Origin: Eledone cirrhosa | Taxonomy: Eukaryota | Direction: 5' to 3' | NCBI GenBank assembly: GCA_964016885.1 | Contig: OZ024752.1 | Span: 18,290,001 to 18,354,000 of the forward strand | DNA: 64,000 nt | Shown here: piece by piece, positions 35,801 to 50,800 of the stretch | Layout: every line of letters begins with the position of its first letter | Numbering within the stretch: position 1 is the first letter of the stretch | Notes under the pieces: model-generated | The model's database searches: none | Told to the model about the DNA's origin: nothing | Seen by the model: the letters and a program-made list of their open reading frames with translations, nothing else | Position numbers and translations under genes: made by a program

Positions 35801-38800
35801 AGCTGTATCACAACATATAACAAAGATTGCTGTGGTTAGCTGTATCACAACATATAGCAAAGATAGCCATAGTTAGCTGTATCACAACATATAACAAAGA
35901 TAGCTGTGGTTAGCTGTATCACAACATATAACAAAGATAGCCATAGTTAGCTGTATCACAACATATAGCAAATTTAGCTGTGGTTAGCTGTATCACAACA
36001 TATAGCAAAGATAGCCATTGTTAGCTGTATCACAACATATAACAAAGATAGCCATAGTTAGCTGTATCACAACATATAGCAAAGATAGCTGTGGTTAGCT
36101 GTATCACAACATATAACAAAGATAGCCATAGTTAGCTGTATCACAACATATAACAAAGATAGCTATAGTTAGCTGTATCACAACATATAGCAAAGATAGC
36201 TGTGGTTAGCTGTATCACAACATATAGCAAGGATAGCCATAGTTAGCTGTATCACAACATATAACAAAGATAGCCATAGTTAGCTGTATCACAACATATA
36301 ACAAAGATAGCCATAGTTATCTGTATCACAACATATAGCAAGGATAGCCATAGTTAGCTGTATCACAACATATAACAAAGATAACTGTGGTTAGCTGTAT
36401 CACAACATATAACAAAGATAGCTGTGGTTAGCTGTATCACAACATATAACAAAGATAGCTGTGGTTAGCTGTATCACAACATATAGCAAAGATAGCCGTA
36501 GTTAGCTGTATCACAACATATAACAAAGATAGCTGTGGTTAGCTGTATCACAACATATAGCAAGGATAGCCATAGTTATCTGTATCACAACATATAGCAA
36601 GGATAGCCATAGTTAGCTGTATCACAACATATAACAAAGATAACTGTGGTTAGCTGTATCACAACATATAACAAAGATAGCTGTGGTTAGCTGTATCACA
36701 ACATATAACAAAGATAGCTGTGGTTAGCTGTATCACAACATATAGCAAAGATAGCCGTAGTTAGCTGTATCACAACATATAACAAAGATAGCTGTGGTTA
36801 GCTGTATCACAACATATAACAAAGATAGCCATAGTTAGCTGTATCACAACATATAGCAGAGATAGCTGTGGTTAGCTGTATCACAACATATAACAAAGAT
36901 AGCTGTGGTTAGCTGTATCACAACATATAACAAAGATAGCTGCGGTTAGCTGTATCACAACATATAGCAAAGATAGCCGTAGTTAGCTGTATCACAACAT
37001 ATAACAAAGATAGCTGTGGTTAGCTGTATCACAACATATAGCAAAGATAGCCATAGTTAGCTGTATCACAACATATAACAAAGATAGCTGTGGTTAGCTG
37101 TATCACAACATACAGCAAAGATAGCCATAGTTAGCTGTATCACAACATATAGCAAGGATAGCCATAGTGAGCTGCATCACAACATATAGCAAAGATAGCT
37201 GTGGTTAGCTGTATCACAACATATAGCAAAGATAGCCATAGTTAGCTGTATCACAACATATAGCAAAGATAGCCATAGTTAGCTGTATCACAACATATAA
37301 CAAAGATAGTTGTGGTTAGCTGTATCACAACATATAACAAAGATAGCTGTGGTTAGCTGTATCACAACATATAACAAAGATAGCTGTGGTTAGCTGTATC
37401 ACAACATATAACAAAGATAGCTGCGGTTAGCTGTATCACAACATATAACAAAGATAGCCATAGTTAGCTGTATCACAACATATAGCAAGGATAGCCATAG
37501 TTAGCTGTATCACAACATATAACAAAGATAGCTGTAGTTAGCTGAATCACAACATAACAAAGATAACTGTGGTTAGCTGTATCACAACATATAACAAAGA
37601 TAGCCATAGTTAGCTGTATCACAATATATACCAAGGATAGCTGTAGTTAGCTGAATCACAACATATAACAAAGATAGCTGTGGTTAGCTGTATCACAACA
37701 TATAGCAAGGATAGCCATAGTTAGCTGTATCACAACATATAACAAAGATAGCTGTGGTTAGCTGTCTCACAACATATAGCAAGGATAGCCATAGTTAGCT
37801 GTATCACAACATATAACAAAGATAGCTGTGGTTAGCTGTATCACAACATATAACAAAGATAGCTGTGGTTAGCTGTATCACAACATATAGCAAAGATAGC
37901 TGTGGTTAGCTGTCTCACAACATATAGCAAGGATAGCCATAGTTAGCTGTATCACAACATATAACAAGGATAGCTGTGGTTAGCTGTATCACAACATATA
38001 ACAAAGACAGCTGTGGTTAGCTGTATCACAACATATAGCAAGGATAGCCATAGTTAGCTGTATCACAACATATAACAAAGATAGCCATAGTTAGCTGTAT
38101 CACAACATATAACAAAGATAGCTGTGGTTAGCTGTATCACAACATATAGCAAAGATAGCTGTGGTTAGCTGTATCACAACATATAACAAAGATAGCCATA
38201 GTTAGCTGTATCACAACATATAGCAAAGATAGCTGTGGTTAGCTGTATCACAACATATAACAAAGATAGCTGTGGTTAACTGTATCACAACATATAACAA
38301 ATATAGCCATAGTTAGCTGTATCACAACATATAGCAAAGATAGCCATAGTTAGCTGTATCACAACATATAACAAAGATAGCTGTGGTTAACTGTATCACA
38401 ACATATAGCAAAAATAGCCATAGTTAGCTGTATTACAACATATAACAAAGATTGCTGTGGTTAGCTGTATCACAACATATAGCAAAGATAGCCATAGTTA
38501 GCTGTATCACAACATATAACAAAGATAGCTGTGGTTTGCTGTATCACAACATATAACAACGATAGCTGTGGTTAGCTGTATCACAACATATAGCAAAGAT
38601 AGCCATAGTTAGATGTATCACAACATATAGCAAAGATAGCTGTGGTTAGCTCTCTCACAACATATAACAAAGATAGCTGTGGTTAGCTGTATCACAACAT
38701 ATAGCAAGGATAGCCATAGTTAACTGTATCACAACATATAACAAAGATAGCTCTGGTTAGCTGTATCACAACATATAACAAAGATAGCTGTGGTTAGCTG

Positions 38801-41800
38801 TATCACAACATATAACAAAGATGGCTGTGGTTAGCTGTATCACAACATATAACAAAGATAGCTGTGGTTAGCTGTATCACAACATATAACAAAGATAGCT
38901 GTGGTTAGCTGTATCACAACATATAACAAAGATAGCTGTGGTTAGCTGTATCACAACATATAGCAAAGATAGTCATAGTTAGCTGTATCACAACATATAA
39001 CAAAGATAGCCATAGTTAGCTGTATCACAACATATAACAAAGATAGCTGTGGTTAACTGTATCACAACATATAGCAAAGATAGCCATAGTTAGCTGTATC
39101 ACAACATATAACAAAGATAGCTGTAGTTAGCTGTATCACAACATATAGCAAGGATAGCCATAGTTAGCTGTATCACAACATATAACAAAGATTGCTGTGG
39201 TTAGCTGTATCACAACATATAGCAAAGATAGCCATAGTTAGCTGTATCACAACATATAACAAAGATAGCCATAGTTAGCTGTATCACAACATATAGCAAA
39301 GTTAGCTGTGGTTAGCTGTATCACAACATATAGCAAAGATAGCCATAGTTAGCTGTATCACAACATATAACAAAGATAGCCATAGTTAGCTGTATCACAA
39401 CATATAGCAAAGATAGCTGTTGTTAGCTGTATCACAACATATAACAAAGATAGCTGTGGTTAGCTGTATCACAACATATAGCAAAGATAGTCATAGTTAG
39501 CTGTATCACAACATATAACAAAGATAGCTGTGGTTAGCTGTATCACAACATATAGCAAAGATAGCCATAGTTAGCTGTATCACAACATATAACAAAGATA
39601 GCTGTGGTTAGCTGTATCACAACATATAACAAAGATAGCTGTGGTTAGCTGTATCACAACATATAGCAAGTATAGCCATAGTTAGCTGTATCACAACATA
39701 TAACAAAGATAGCCATAGTTAGCTGTATCACAACATATAACAAAGATAGCCATAGTTATCTGTATCACAACATATAGCAAGGATAGCCATAGTTAGCTGT
39801 ATCACAACATATAACAAAGATAACTGTGGTTAGCTGTATCACAACATATAACAAAGATAGCTGTGGTTAGCTGTATCACAACATATAACAAAGATAGCTG
39901 TGGTTAGCTGTATCACAACATATAGCAAAGATAGCCGTAGTTAGCTGTATCACAACATATAACAAAGATAGCTGTGGTTAGCTGTATCACAACATATAAC
40001 AAAGATAGCCATAGTTAGCTGTATCACAACATATAGCAGAGATAGCTGTGGTTAGCTGTATCACAACATATAACAAAGATAGCTGTGGTTAGCTGTATCA
40101 CAACATATAACAAAGATAGCTGTGGTTAGCTGTATCACAACATATAGCAAAGATAGCCGTAGTTAGCTGTATCACAACATATAACAAAGATAGCTGTGGT
40201 TAGCTGTATCACAACATATAGCAAAGATAGCCATAGTTAGCTGCATCACAACATATAACAAAGATAGCTGTTGTTAGCTGTATCACAACATATAACAAAG
40301 ATAGCTGTGGTTAGCTGTATCACAACATATAGCAAAGATAGCCATAGTTAGCTGTATCACAACATATAGCAAAGATAGCCATAGTTAGCTGTATCACAAC
40401 ATATAACAAAGATAGCTGTTGTTAGCTGTATCACAACATATAACAAAGATAGCTGTGGTTAGCTGTATCACAACATATAGCAAAGATAGCCATAGTTAGC
40501 TGTATCACAACATATAACAAAGATAGCTGTGGTTAGCTGTATCACAACATACAGCAAAGATAGCCATAGTTAGCTGTATCACAACATATAGCAAGGATAG
40601 CCATAGTGAGCTGCATCACAACATATAGCAAAGATAGCTGTGGTTAGCTGTATCACAACATATAGCAAAGATAGCCATAGTTAGCTGTATCACAACATAT
40701 AGCAAAGATAGCCATAGTTAGCTGTATCACAACATATAACAAAGATAGCCGTGGTTAGCTGTATCACAACATATAACAAAGATAGCTGTGGTTAGCTGTA
40801 TCACAACATATAACAAAGATAGCTGTGGTTAGCTGTATCACAACATATAACAAAGATAGCTGTGGTTAGCTGTATCACAACATATGACAAAGATAGCCAT
40901 AGTTAGCTGTATCACAACATATAGCAAGGATAGCCATAGTTAGCTGTATCACAACATATAACAAAGATAGCTGTAGTTAGCTGAATCACAACATATAACA
41001 AAGATAACTGTGGTTAGCTGTATCACAACATATAACAAAGATAGCCATAGTTAGCTGTATCACAATATATACCAAGGATAGCTGTAGTTAGCTGAATCAC
41101 AACATATAACAAAGATAGCTGTGGTTAGCTGTATCACAACATATAGCAAGGATAGCCATAGTTAGCTGTATCACAACATATAACAAAGATAGCTGTGGTT
41201 AGCTGTCTCACAACATATAGCAAGGATAGCCATAGTTAGCTGTATCACAACATATAACAAAGATAGCTGTGGTTAGCTGTATCACAACATATAACAAAGA
41301 TAGCTGTGGTTAGCAGTATCACAACATATAGCAAAGATAGCTGTGGTTAGCTGTATCACAACATATAGCAAGGATAGCCATAGTTAGCTGTATCACAACA
41401 TATAACAAAGATAGCTGTGGTTAGCTGTCTCACAACATATAGCAAGGATAGCCATAGTTAGCTGTATCACAACATATAACAAAGATAGCTGTGGTTAGCT
41501 GTATCACAACATATAACAAAGATAGCTGTGGTTAGCTGTATCACAACATATAGCAAAGATAGCTGTGGTTAGCTGTCTCACAACATATAGCAAGGATAGC
41601 CATAGTTAGCTGTATCACAACATATAACAAAGATAGCTGTGGTTAGCTGTATCACAACATATAACAAAGATAGCTGTGGTTAGCTGTATCACAACATATA
41701 GCAAGGATAGCCATAGTTAGCTGTATCACAACATATAACAAAGATAGCCATAGTTAGCTGTATCACAACATTTAACAAAGATAGCTGTGGTTAGCTGTAT

Positions 41801-44800
41801 CACAACATATAGCAAAGATAGCTGTGGTTAGCTGTATCACAACATATAACAAAGATAGCCATAGTTAGCTGTATCACAACATATAGCAAAGATAGCTGTG
41901 GTTAGCTGTATCACAACATATAACAAAGATAGCTGTGGTTAACTGTATCACAACATATAACAAATATAGCCATAGTTAGCTGTATCACAACATATAGCAA
42001 AGATAGCCATAGTTAGCTGTATCACAACATATAACAAATATAGCCATAGTTAGCTGTATCACAACATATAGCAAAGATAGCCATAGTTAGCTGTATCACA
42101 ACATATAACAAAGATAGCTGTGGTTAACTGTATCACAACATATAGCAAAGATAGCCATAGTTAGCTGTATCACAACATATAACAAAGATTGCTGTGGTTA
42201 GCTGTATCACAACATATAGCAAAGATAGCCATAGTTAGCTGTATCACAACATATAACAAAGATTGCTGTGGTTAGCTGTATCACAACATATAGCAAAGAT
42301 AGCCATAGTTAGCTGTATCACAACATATAACAAAGATAGCTGTGGTTAGCTGTATCACAACATATAACAACGATAGCTGTGGTTTGCTGTATCACAACAT
42401 ATAACAAAGATAGCTGTGGTTAGCTGTATCACAACATATAACAACGATAGCTGTGGTTAGCTGTATCACAACATATAGCAAAGATAGCCATAGTTAGATG
42501 TATCACAACATATAGCAAAGATAGCTGTGGTTAGCTATCTCACAACATATAACAAACATAGCTGTGGTTAGCTGTATCACAACATATAGCAAGGATAGCC
42601 ATAGTTAACTGTATCACAACATATAACAAAGATAGCTGTGGTTAGCTGTATCACAACATATAACAAAGATAGCTGTGGTTAGCTGTATCACAACATATAA
42701 CAAAGATGGCTGTGGTTAGCTGTATCACAACATATAACAAAGATAGCTGTGGTTAGCTGTATCACAACATATAGCAAAGATAGCCGTAGTTAGCTGTATC
42801 ACAACATATAGCAAAGATAGCCGTAGTTAGCTGTATCACAACATATAGCAAAGATAGCCATAGTTAGCTGTATCACAACATATAGCAAAGATAGCCATAG
42901 TTAGCTGTATCACAACATATAACAAAGATAGCCGTGGTTAGCTGTATCACAACATATAACAAAGATAGCTGTGGTTAGCTGTATCACAACATATAACAAA
43001 GATAGCTGTGGTTAGCTGTATCACAACATATAACAAAGATAGCTGTGGTTAGCTGTATCACAACATATGACAAAGATAGCCATAGTTAGCTGTATCACAA
43101 CATATAGCAAGGATAGCCATAGTTAGCTGTATCACAACATATAACAAAGATAGCTGTAGTTAGCTGAATCACAACATATAAAAAAGATAACTGTGGTTAG
43201 CTGTATCACAACATATAACAAAGATAGCCATAGTTAGCTGTATCACAATATATACCAAGGATAGCTGTAGTTAGCTGAATCACAACATATAACAAAGATA
43301 GCTGTGGTTAGCTGTATCACAACATATAGCAAGGATAGCCATAGTTAGCTGTATCACAACATATAACAAAGATAGCTGTGGTTAGCTGTCTCACAACATA
43401 TAGCAAGGATAGCCATAGTTAGCTGTATCACAACATATAACAAAGATAGCTGTGGTTAGCTGTATCACAACATATAACAAAGATAGCTGTGGTTAGCAGT
43501 ATCACAACATATAGCAAAGATAGCTGTGGTTAGCTGTATCACAACATATAGCAAGGATAGCCATAGTTAGCTGTATCACAACATATAACAAAGATAGCTG
43601 TGGTTAGCTGTCTCACAACATATAGCAAGGATAGCCATAGTTAGCTGTATCACAACATATAACAAAGATAGCTGTGGTTAGCTGTATCACAACATATAAC
43701 AAAGATAGCTGTGGTTAGCTGTATCACAACATATAGCAAAGATAGCTGTGGTTAGCTGTCTCACAACATATAGCAAGGATAGCCATAGTTAGCTGTATCA
43801 CAACATATAACAAAGATAGCTGTGGTTAGCTGTATCACAACATATAACAAAGATAGCTGTGGTTAGCTGTATCACAACATATAGCAAAGATAGCCATAGT
43901 TAGCTGTATCACAACATATAACAAAGATAGCCATAGTTAGCTGTATCACAACATATAACAAAGATAGCTGTGGTTAGCTGTATCACAACATATAGCAAAG
44001 ATAGCTGTGGTTAGCTGTATCACAACATATAACAAAGATAGCCATAGTTAGCTGTATCACAACATATAGCAAAGATAGCTGTGGTTAGCTGTATAACAAC
44101 ATATAACAAAGATAGCTGTGGTTAACTGTATCACAACATATAACAAATATAGCCATAGTTAGCTGTATCACAACATATAGCAAAGATAGCCATAGTTAGC
44201 TGTATCACAACATATAACAAATATAGCCATAGTTAGCTGTATCACAACATATAGCAAAGATAGCCATAGTTAGCTGTATCACAACATATAACAAAGATAT
44301 CTGTGGTTAACTGTATCACAACATATAGCAAAGATAGCCATAGTTAGCTGTATCACAACATATAACAAAGATTGCTGTGGTTAGCTGTATCACAACATAT
44401 AGCAAAGATAGCCATAGTTAGCTGTATCACAACATATAACAAAGATTGCTGTGGTTAGCTGTATCACAACATATAGCAAATATAGCCATAGTTAGCTGTA
44501 TCACAACATATAACAAAGATAGCTGTGGTTAGCTGTATCACAACATATAACAACGATAGCTGTGGTTTGCTGTATCACAACATATAGCAAAGATAGCCAT
44601 AGTTAGCTGTATCACAATATATACCAAGGATAGCTGTAGTTAGCTGAATCACAACATATAACAAAGATAGCTGTGGTTAGCTGTATCACAACATATAGCA
44701 AGGATAGCCATAGTTAGCTGTATCACAACATATAACAAAGATAGCTGTGGTTAGCTGTCTCACAACATATAGCAAGGATAGCCATAGTTAGCTGTATCAC

Positions 44801-47800
44801 AACATATAACAAAGATAGCTGTGGTTAGCTGTATCACAACATATAACAAAGATAGCTGTGGTTAGCAGTATCACAACATATAGCAAAGATAGCTGTGGTT
44901 AGCTGTATCACAACATATAGCAAGGATAGCCATAGTTAGCTGTATCACAACATATAACAAAGATAGCTGTGGTTAGCTGTCTCACAACATATAGCAAGGA
45001 TAGCCATAGTTAGCTGTATCACAACATATAACAAAGATAGCTGTGGTTAGCTGTATCACAACATATAACAAAGATAGCTGTGGTTAGCTGTATCACAACA
45101 TATAGCAAAGATAGCTGTGGTTAGCTGTCTCACAACATATAGCAAGGATAGCCATAGTTAGCTGTATCACAACATATAACAAAGATAGCTGTGGTTAGCT
45201 GTATCACAACATATAACAAAGATAGCTGTGGTTAGCTGTATCACAACATATAGCAAGGATAGCCATAGTTAGCTGTATCACAACATATAACAAAGATAGC
45301 CATAGTTAGCTGTATCACAACATTTAACAAAGATAGCTGTGGTTAGCTGTATCACAACATATAGCAAAGATAGCTGTGGTTAGCTGTATCACAACATATA
45401 ACAAAGATAGCCATAGTTAGCTGTATCACAACATATAGCAAAGATAGCTGTGGTTAGCTGTATCACAACATATAACAAAGATAGCTGTGGTTAACTGTAT
45501 CACAACATATAACAAATATAGCCATAGTTAGCTGTATCACAACATATAGCAAAGATAGCCATAGTTAGCTGTATCACAACATATAACAAATATAGCCATA
45601 GTTAGCTGTATCACAACATATAGCAAAGATAGCCATAGTTAGCTGTATCACAACATATAACAAAGATAGCTGTGGTTAACTGTATCACAACATATAGCAA
45701 AGATAGCCATAGTTAGCTGTATCACAACATATAACAAAGATTGCTGTGGTTAGCTGTATCACAACATATAGCAAAGATAGCCATAGTTAGCTGTATCACA
45801 ACATATAACAAAGATTGCTGTGGTTAGCTGTATCACAACATATAGCAAAGATAGCCATAGTTAGCTGTATCACAACATATAACAAAGATAGCTGTGGTTA
45901 GCTGTATCACAACATATAACAACGATAGCTGTGGTTTGCTGTATCACAACATATAACAAAGATAGCTGTGGTTAGCTGTATCACAACATATAACAACGAT
46001 AGCTGTGGTTAGCTGTATCACAACATATAGCAAAGATAGCCATAGTTAGATGTATCACAACATATAGCAAAGATAGCTGTGGTTAGCTATCTCACAACAT
46101 ATAACAAACATAGCTGTGGTTAGCTGTATCACAACATATAGCAAGGATAGCCATAGTTAACTGTATCACAACATATAACAAAGATAGCTGTGGTTAGCTG
46201 TATCACAACATATAACAAAGATAGCTGTGGTTAGCTGTATCACAACATATAACAAAGATGGCTGTGGTTAGCTGTATCACAACATATAACAAAGATAGCT
46301 GTGGTTAGCTGTATCACAACATATAGCAAAGATAGCCGTAGTTAGCTGTATCACAACATATAGCAAAGATAGCCGTAGTTAGCTGTATCACAACATATAG
46401 CAAAGATAGCCATAGTTAGCTGTATCACAACATATAGCAAAGATAGCCATAGTTAGCTGTATCACAACATATAACAAAGATAGCCGTGGTTAGCTGTATC
46501 ACAACATATAACAAAGATAGCTGTGGTTAGCTGTATCACAACATATAACAAAGATAGCTGTGGTTAGCTGTATCACAACATATAACAAAGATAGCTGTGG
46601 TTAGCTGTATCACAACATATGACAAAGATAGCCATAGTTAGCTGTATCACAACATATAGCAAGGATAGCCATAGTTAGCTGTATCACAACATATAACAAA
46701 GATAGCTGTAGTTAGCTGAATCACAACATATAAAAAAGATAACTGTGGTTAGCTGTATCACAACATATAACAAAGATAGCCATAGTTAGCTGTATCACAA
46801 TATATACCAAGGATAGCTGTAGTTAGCTGAATCACAACATATAACAAAGATAGCTGTGGTTAGCTGTATCACAACATATAGCAAGGATAGCCATAGTTAG
46901 CTGTATCACAACATATAACAAAGATAGCTGTGGTTAGCTGTCTCACAACATATAGCAAGGATAGCCATAGTTAGCTGTATCACAACATATAACAAAGATA
47001 TCTGTGGTTAGCTGTATCACAACATATAACAAAGATAGCTGTGGTTAGCAGTATCACAACATATAGCAAAGATAGCTGTGGTTAGCTGTATCACAACATA
47101 TAGCAAGGATAGCCATAGTTAGCTGTATCACAACATATAACAAAGATAGCTGTGGTTAGCTGTCTCACAACATATAGCAAGGATAGCCATAGTTAGCTGT
47201 ATCACAACATATAACAAAGATAGCTGTGGTTAGCTGTATCACAACATATAACAAAGATAGCTGTGGTTAGCTGTATCACAACATATAGCAAAGATTGCTG
47301 TGGTTAGCTGTCTCACAACATATAGCAAGGATAGCCATAGTTAGCTGTATCACAACATATAACAAAGATAGCTGTGGTTAGCTGTATCACAACATATAAC
47401 AAAGATAGCTGTGGTTAGCTGTATCACAACATATAGCAAGGATAGCCATAGTTAGCTGTATCACAACATATAACAAAGATAGCCATAGTTAGCTGTATCA
47501 CTTCATATAACAAAGATAGCTGTGGTTAGCTGTATCACAACATATAGCAAAGATAGCTGTGGTTAGCTGTATCACAACATATAACAAAGATAGCCATAGT
47601 TAGCTGTATCACAACATATAGCAAAGATAGCTGTGGTTAGCTGTATCACAACATATAACAAAGATAGCTGTGGTTAACTGTATCACAACATATAACAAAT
47701 ATAGCCATAGTTAGCTGTATCACAACATATAGCAAAGATAGCCATAGTTAGCTGTATCACAACATATAACAAATATAGCCATAGTTAGCTGTATCACAAC

Positions 47801-50800
47801 ATATAGCAAAGATAGCCATAGTTAGCTGTATCACAACATATAACAAAGATATCTGTGGTTAACTGTATCACAACATATAGCAAAGATAGCCATAGTTAGC
47901 TGTATCACAACATATAACAAAGATTGCTGTGGTTAGCTGTATCACAACATATAGCAAAGATAGCCATAGTTAGCTGTATCACAACATATAACAAAGATTG
48001 CTGTGGTTAGCTGTATCACAACATATAGCAAAGATAGCCATAGTTAGCTGTATCACAACATATAACAAAGATAGCTGTGGTTAGCTGTATCACAACATAT
48101 AACAACGATAGCTGTGGTTTGCTGTATCACAACATATAGCAAAGATAGCCATAGTTAGCTGTATCACAACATATAACAAGGATTGCTGTGGTTAGCTGTA
48201 TCACAACATATAACAAAGATAGCTGTGGTTAGCTGTATCACAACATATAACAACGATAGCTGTGGTTAGCTGTATCACAACATATAGCAAAGATAGCCAT
48301 AGTTAGATGTATCACAACATATAGCAAAGATAGCTGTGGTTAGCTGTATCACAACATATGACAAAGATAGCCATAGTTAGCTGTATCACAACATATAGCA
48401 AGGATAGCCATAGTTAGCTGTATCACAACATATAACAAAGATAGCTGTAGTTAGCTGAATCACAACATATAAAAAAGATAACTGTGGTTAGCTGTATCAC
48501 AACATATAACAAAGATAGCCATAGTTAGCTGTATCACAATATATACCAAGGATAGCTGTAGTTAGCTGAATCACAACATATAACAAAGATAGCTGTGGTT
48601 AGCTGTATCACAACATATAGCAAGGATAGCCATAGTTAGCTGTATCACAACATATAACAAAGATAGCTGTGGTTAGCTGTCTCACAACATATAGCAAGGA
48701 TAGCCATAGTTAGCTGTATCACAACATATAACAAAGATAGCTGTGGTTAGCTGTATCACAACATATAACAAAGATAGCTGTGGTTAGCAGTATCACAACA
48801 TATAGCAAAGATAGCTGTGGTTAGCTGTATCACAACATATAGCAAGGATAGCCATAGTTAGCTGTATCACAACATATAACAAAGATAGCTGTGGTTAGCT
48901 GTCTCACAACATATAGCAAGGATAGCCATAGTTAGCTGTATCACAACATATAACAAAGATAGCTGTGGTTAGCTGTATCACAACATATAACAAAGATAGC
49001 TGTGGTTAGCTGTATCACAACATATAGCAAAGATAGCTGTGGTTAGCTGTCTCACAACATATAGCAAGGATAGCCATAGTTAGCTGTATCACAACATATA
49101 ACAAAGATAGCTGTGGTTAGCTGTATCACAACATATAACAAAGATAGCTGTGGTTAGCTGTATCACAACATATAGCAAAGATAGCCATAGTTAGCTGTAT
49201 CACAACATATAACAAAGATAGCCATAGTTAGCTGTATCACAACATATAACAAAGATAGCTGTGGTTAGCTGTATCACAACATATAGCAAAGATAGCTGTG
49301 GTTAGCTGTATCACAACATATAACAAAGATAGCCATAGTTAGCTGTATCACAACATATAGCAAAGATAGCTGTGGTTAGCTGTATAACAACATATAACAA
49401 AGATAGCTGTGGTTAACTGTATCACAACATATAACAAATATAGCCATAGTTAGCTGTATCACAACATATAGCAAAGATAGCCATAGTTAGCTGTATCACA
49501 ACATATAACAAATATAGCCATAGTTAGCTGTATCACAACATATAGCAAAGATAGCCATAGTTAGCTGTATCACAACATATAACAAAGATATCTGTGGTTA
49601 ACTGTATCACAACATATAGCAAAGATAGCCATAGTTAGCTGTATCACAACATATAACAAAGATTGCTGTGGTTAGCTGTATCACAACATATAGCAAAGAT
49701 AGCCATAGTTAGCTGTATCACAACATATAACAAAGATTGCTGTGGTTAGCTGTATCACAACATATAGCAAATATAGCCATAGTTAGCTGTATCACAACAT
49801 ATAACAAAGATAGCTGTGGTTAGCTGTATCACAACATATAACAACGATAGCTGTGGTTTGCTGTATCACAACATATAGCAAAGATAGCCATAGTTAGCTG
49901 TATCACAATATATACCAAGGATAGCTGTAGTTAGCTGAATCACAACATATAACAAAGATAGCTGTGGTTAGCTGTATCACAACATATAGCAAGGATAGCC
50001 ATAGTTAGCTGTATCACAACATATAACAAAGATAGCTGTGGTTAGCTGTCTCACAACATATAGCAAGGATAGCCATAGTTAGCTGTATCACAACATATAA
50101 CAAAGATAGCTGTGGTTAGCTGTATCACAACATATAACAAAGATAGCTGTGGTTAGCAGTATCACAACATATAGCAAAGATAGCTGTGGTTAGCTGTATC
50201 ACAACATATAGCAAGGATAGCCATAGTTAGCTGTATCACAACATATAACAAAGATAGCTGTGGTTAGCTGTCTCACAACATATAGCAAGGATAGCCATAG
50301 TTAGCTGTATCACAACATATAACAAAGATAGCTGTGGTTAGCTGTATCACAACATATAACAAAGATAGCTGTGGTTAGCTGTATCACAACATATAGCAAA
50401 GATAGCTGTGGTTAGCTGTCTCACAACATATAGCAAGGATAGCCATAGTTAGCTGTATCACAACATATAACAAAGATAGCTGTGGTTAGCTGTATCACAA
50501 CATATAACAAAGATAGCTGTGGTTAGCTGTATCACAACATATAGCAAGGATAGCCATAGTTAGCTGTATCACAACATATAACAAAGATAGCCATAGTTAG
50601 CTGTATCACAACATTTAACAAAGATAGCTGTGGTTAGCTGTATCACAACATATAGCAAAGATAGCTGTGGTTAGCTGTATCACAACATATAACAAAGATA
50701 GCCATAGTTAGCTGTATCACAACATATAGCAAAGATAGCTGTGGTTAGCTGTATCACAACATATAACAAAGATAGCTGTGGTTAACTGTATCACAACATA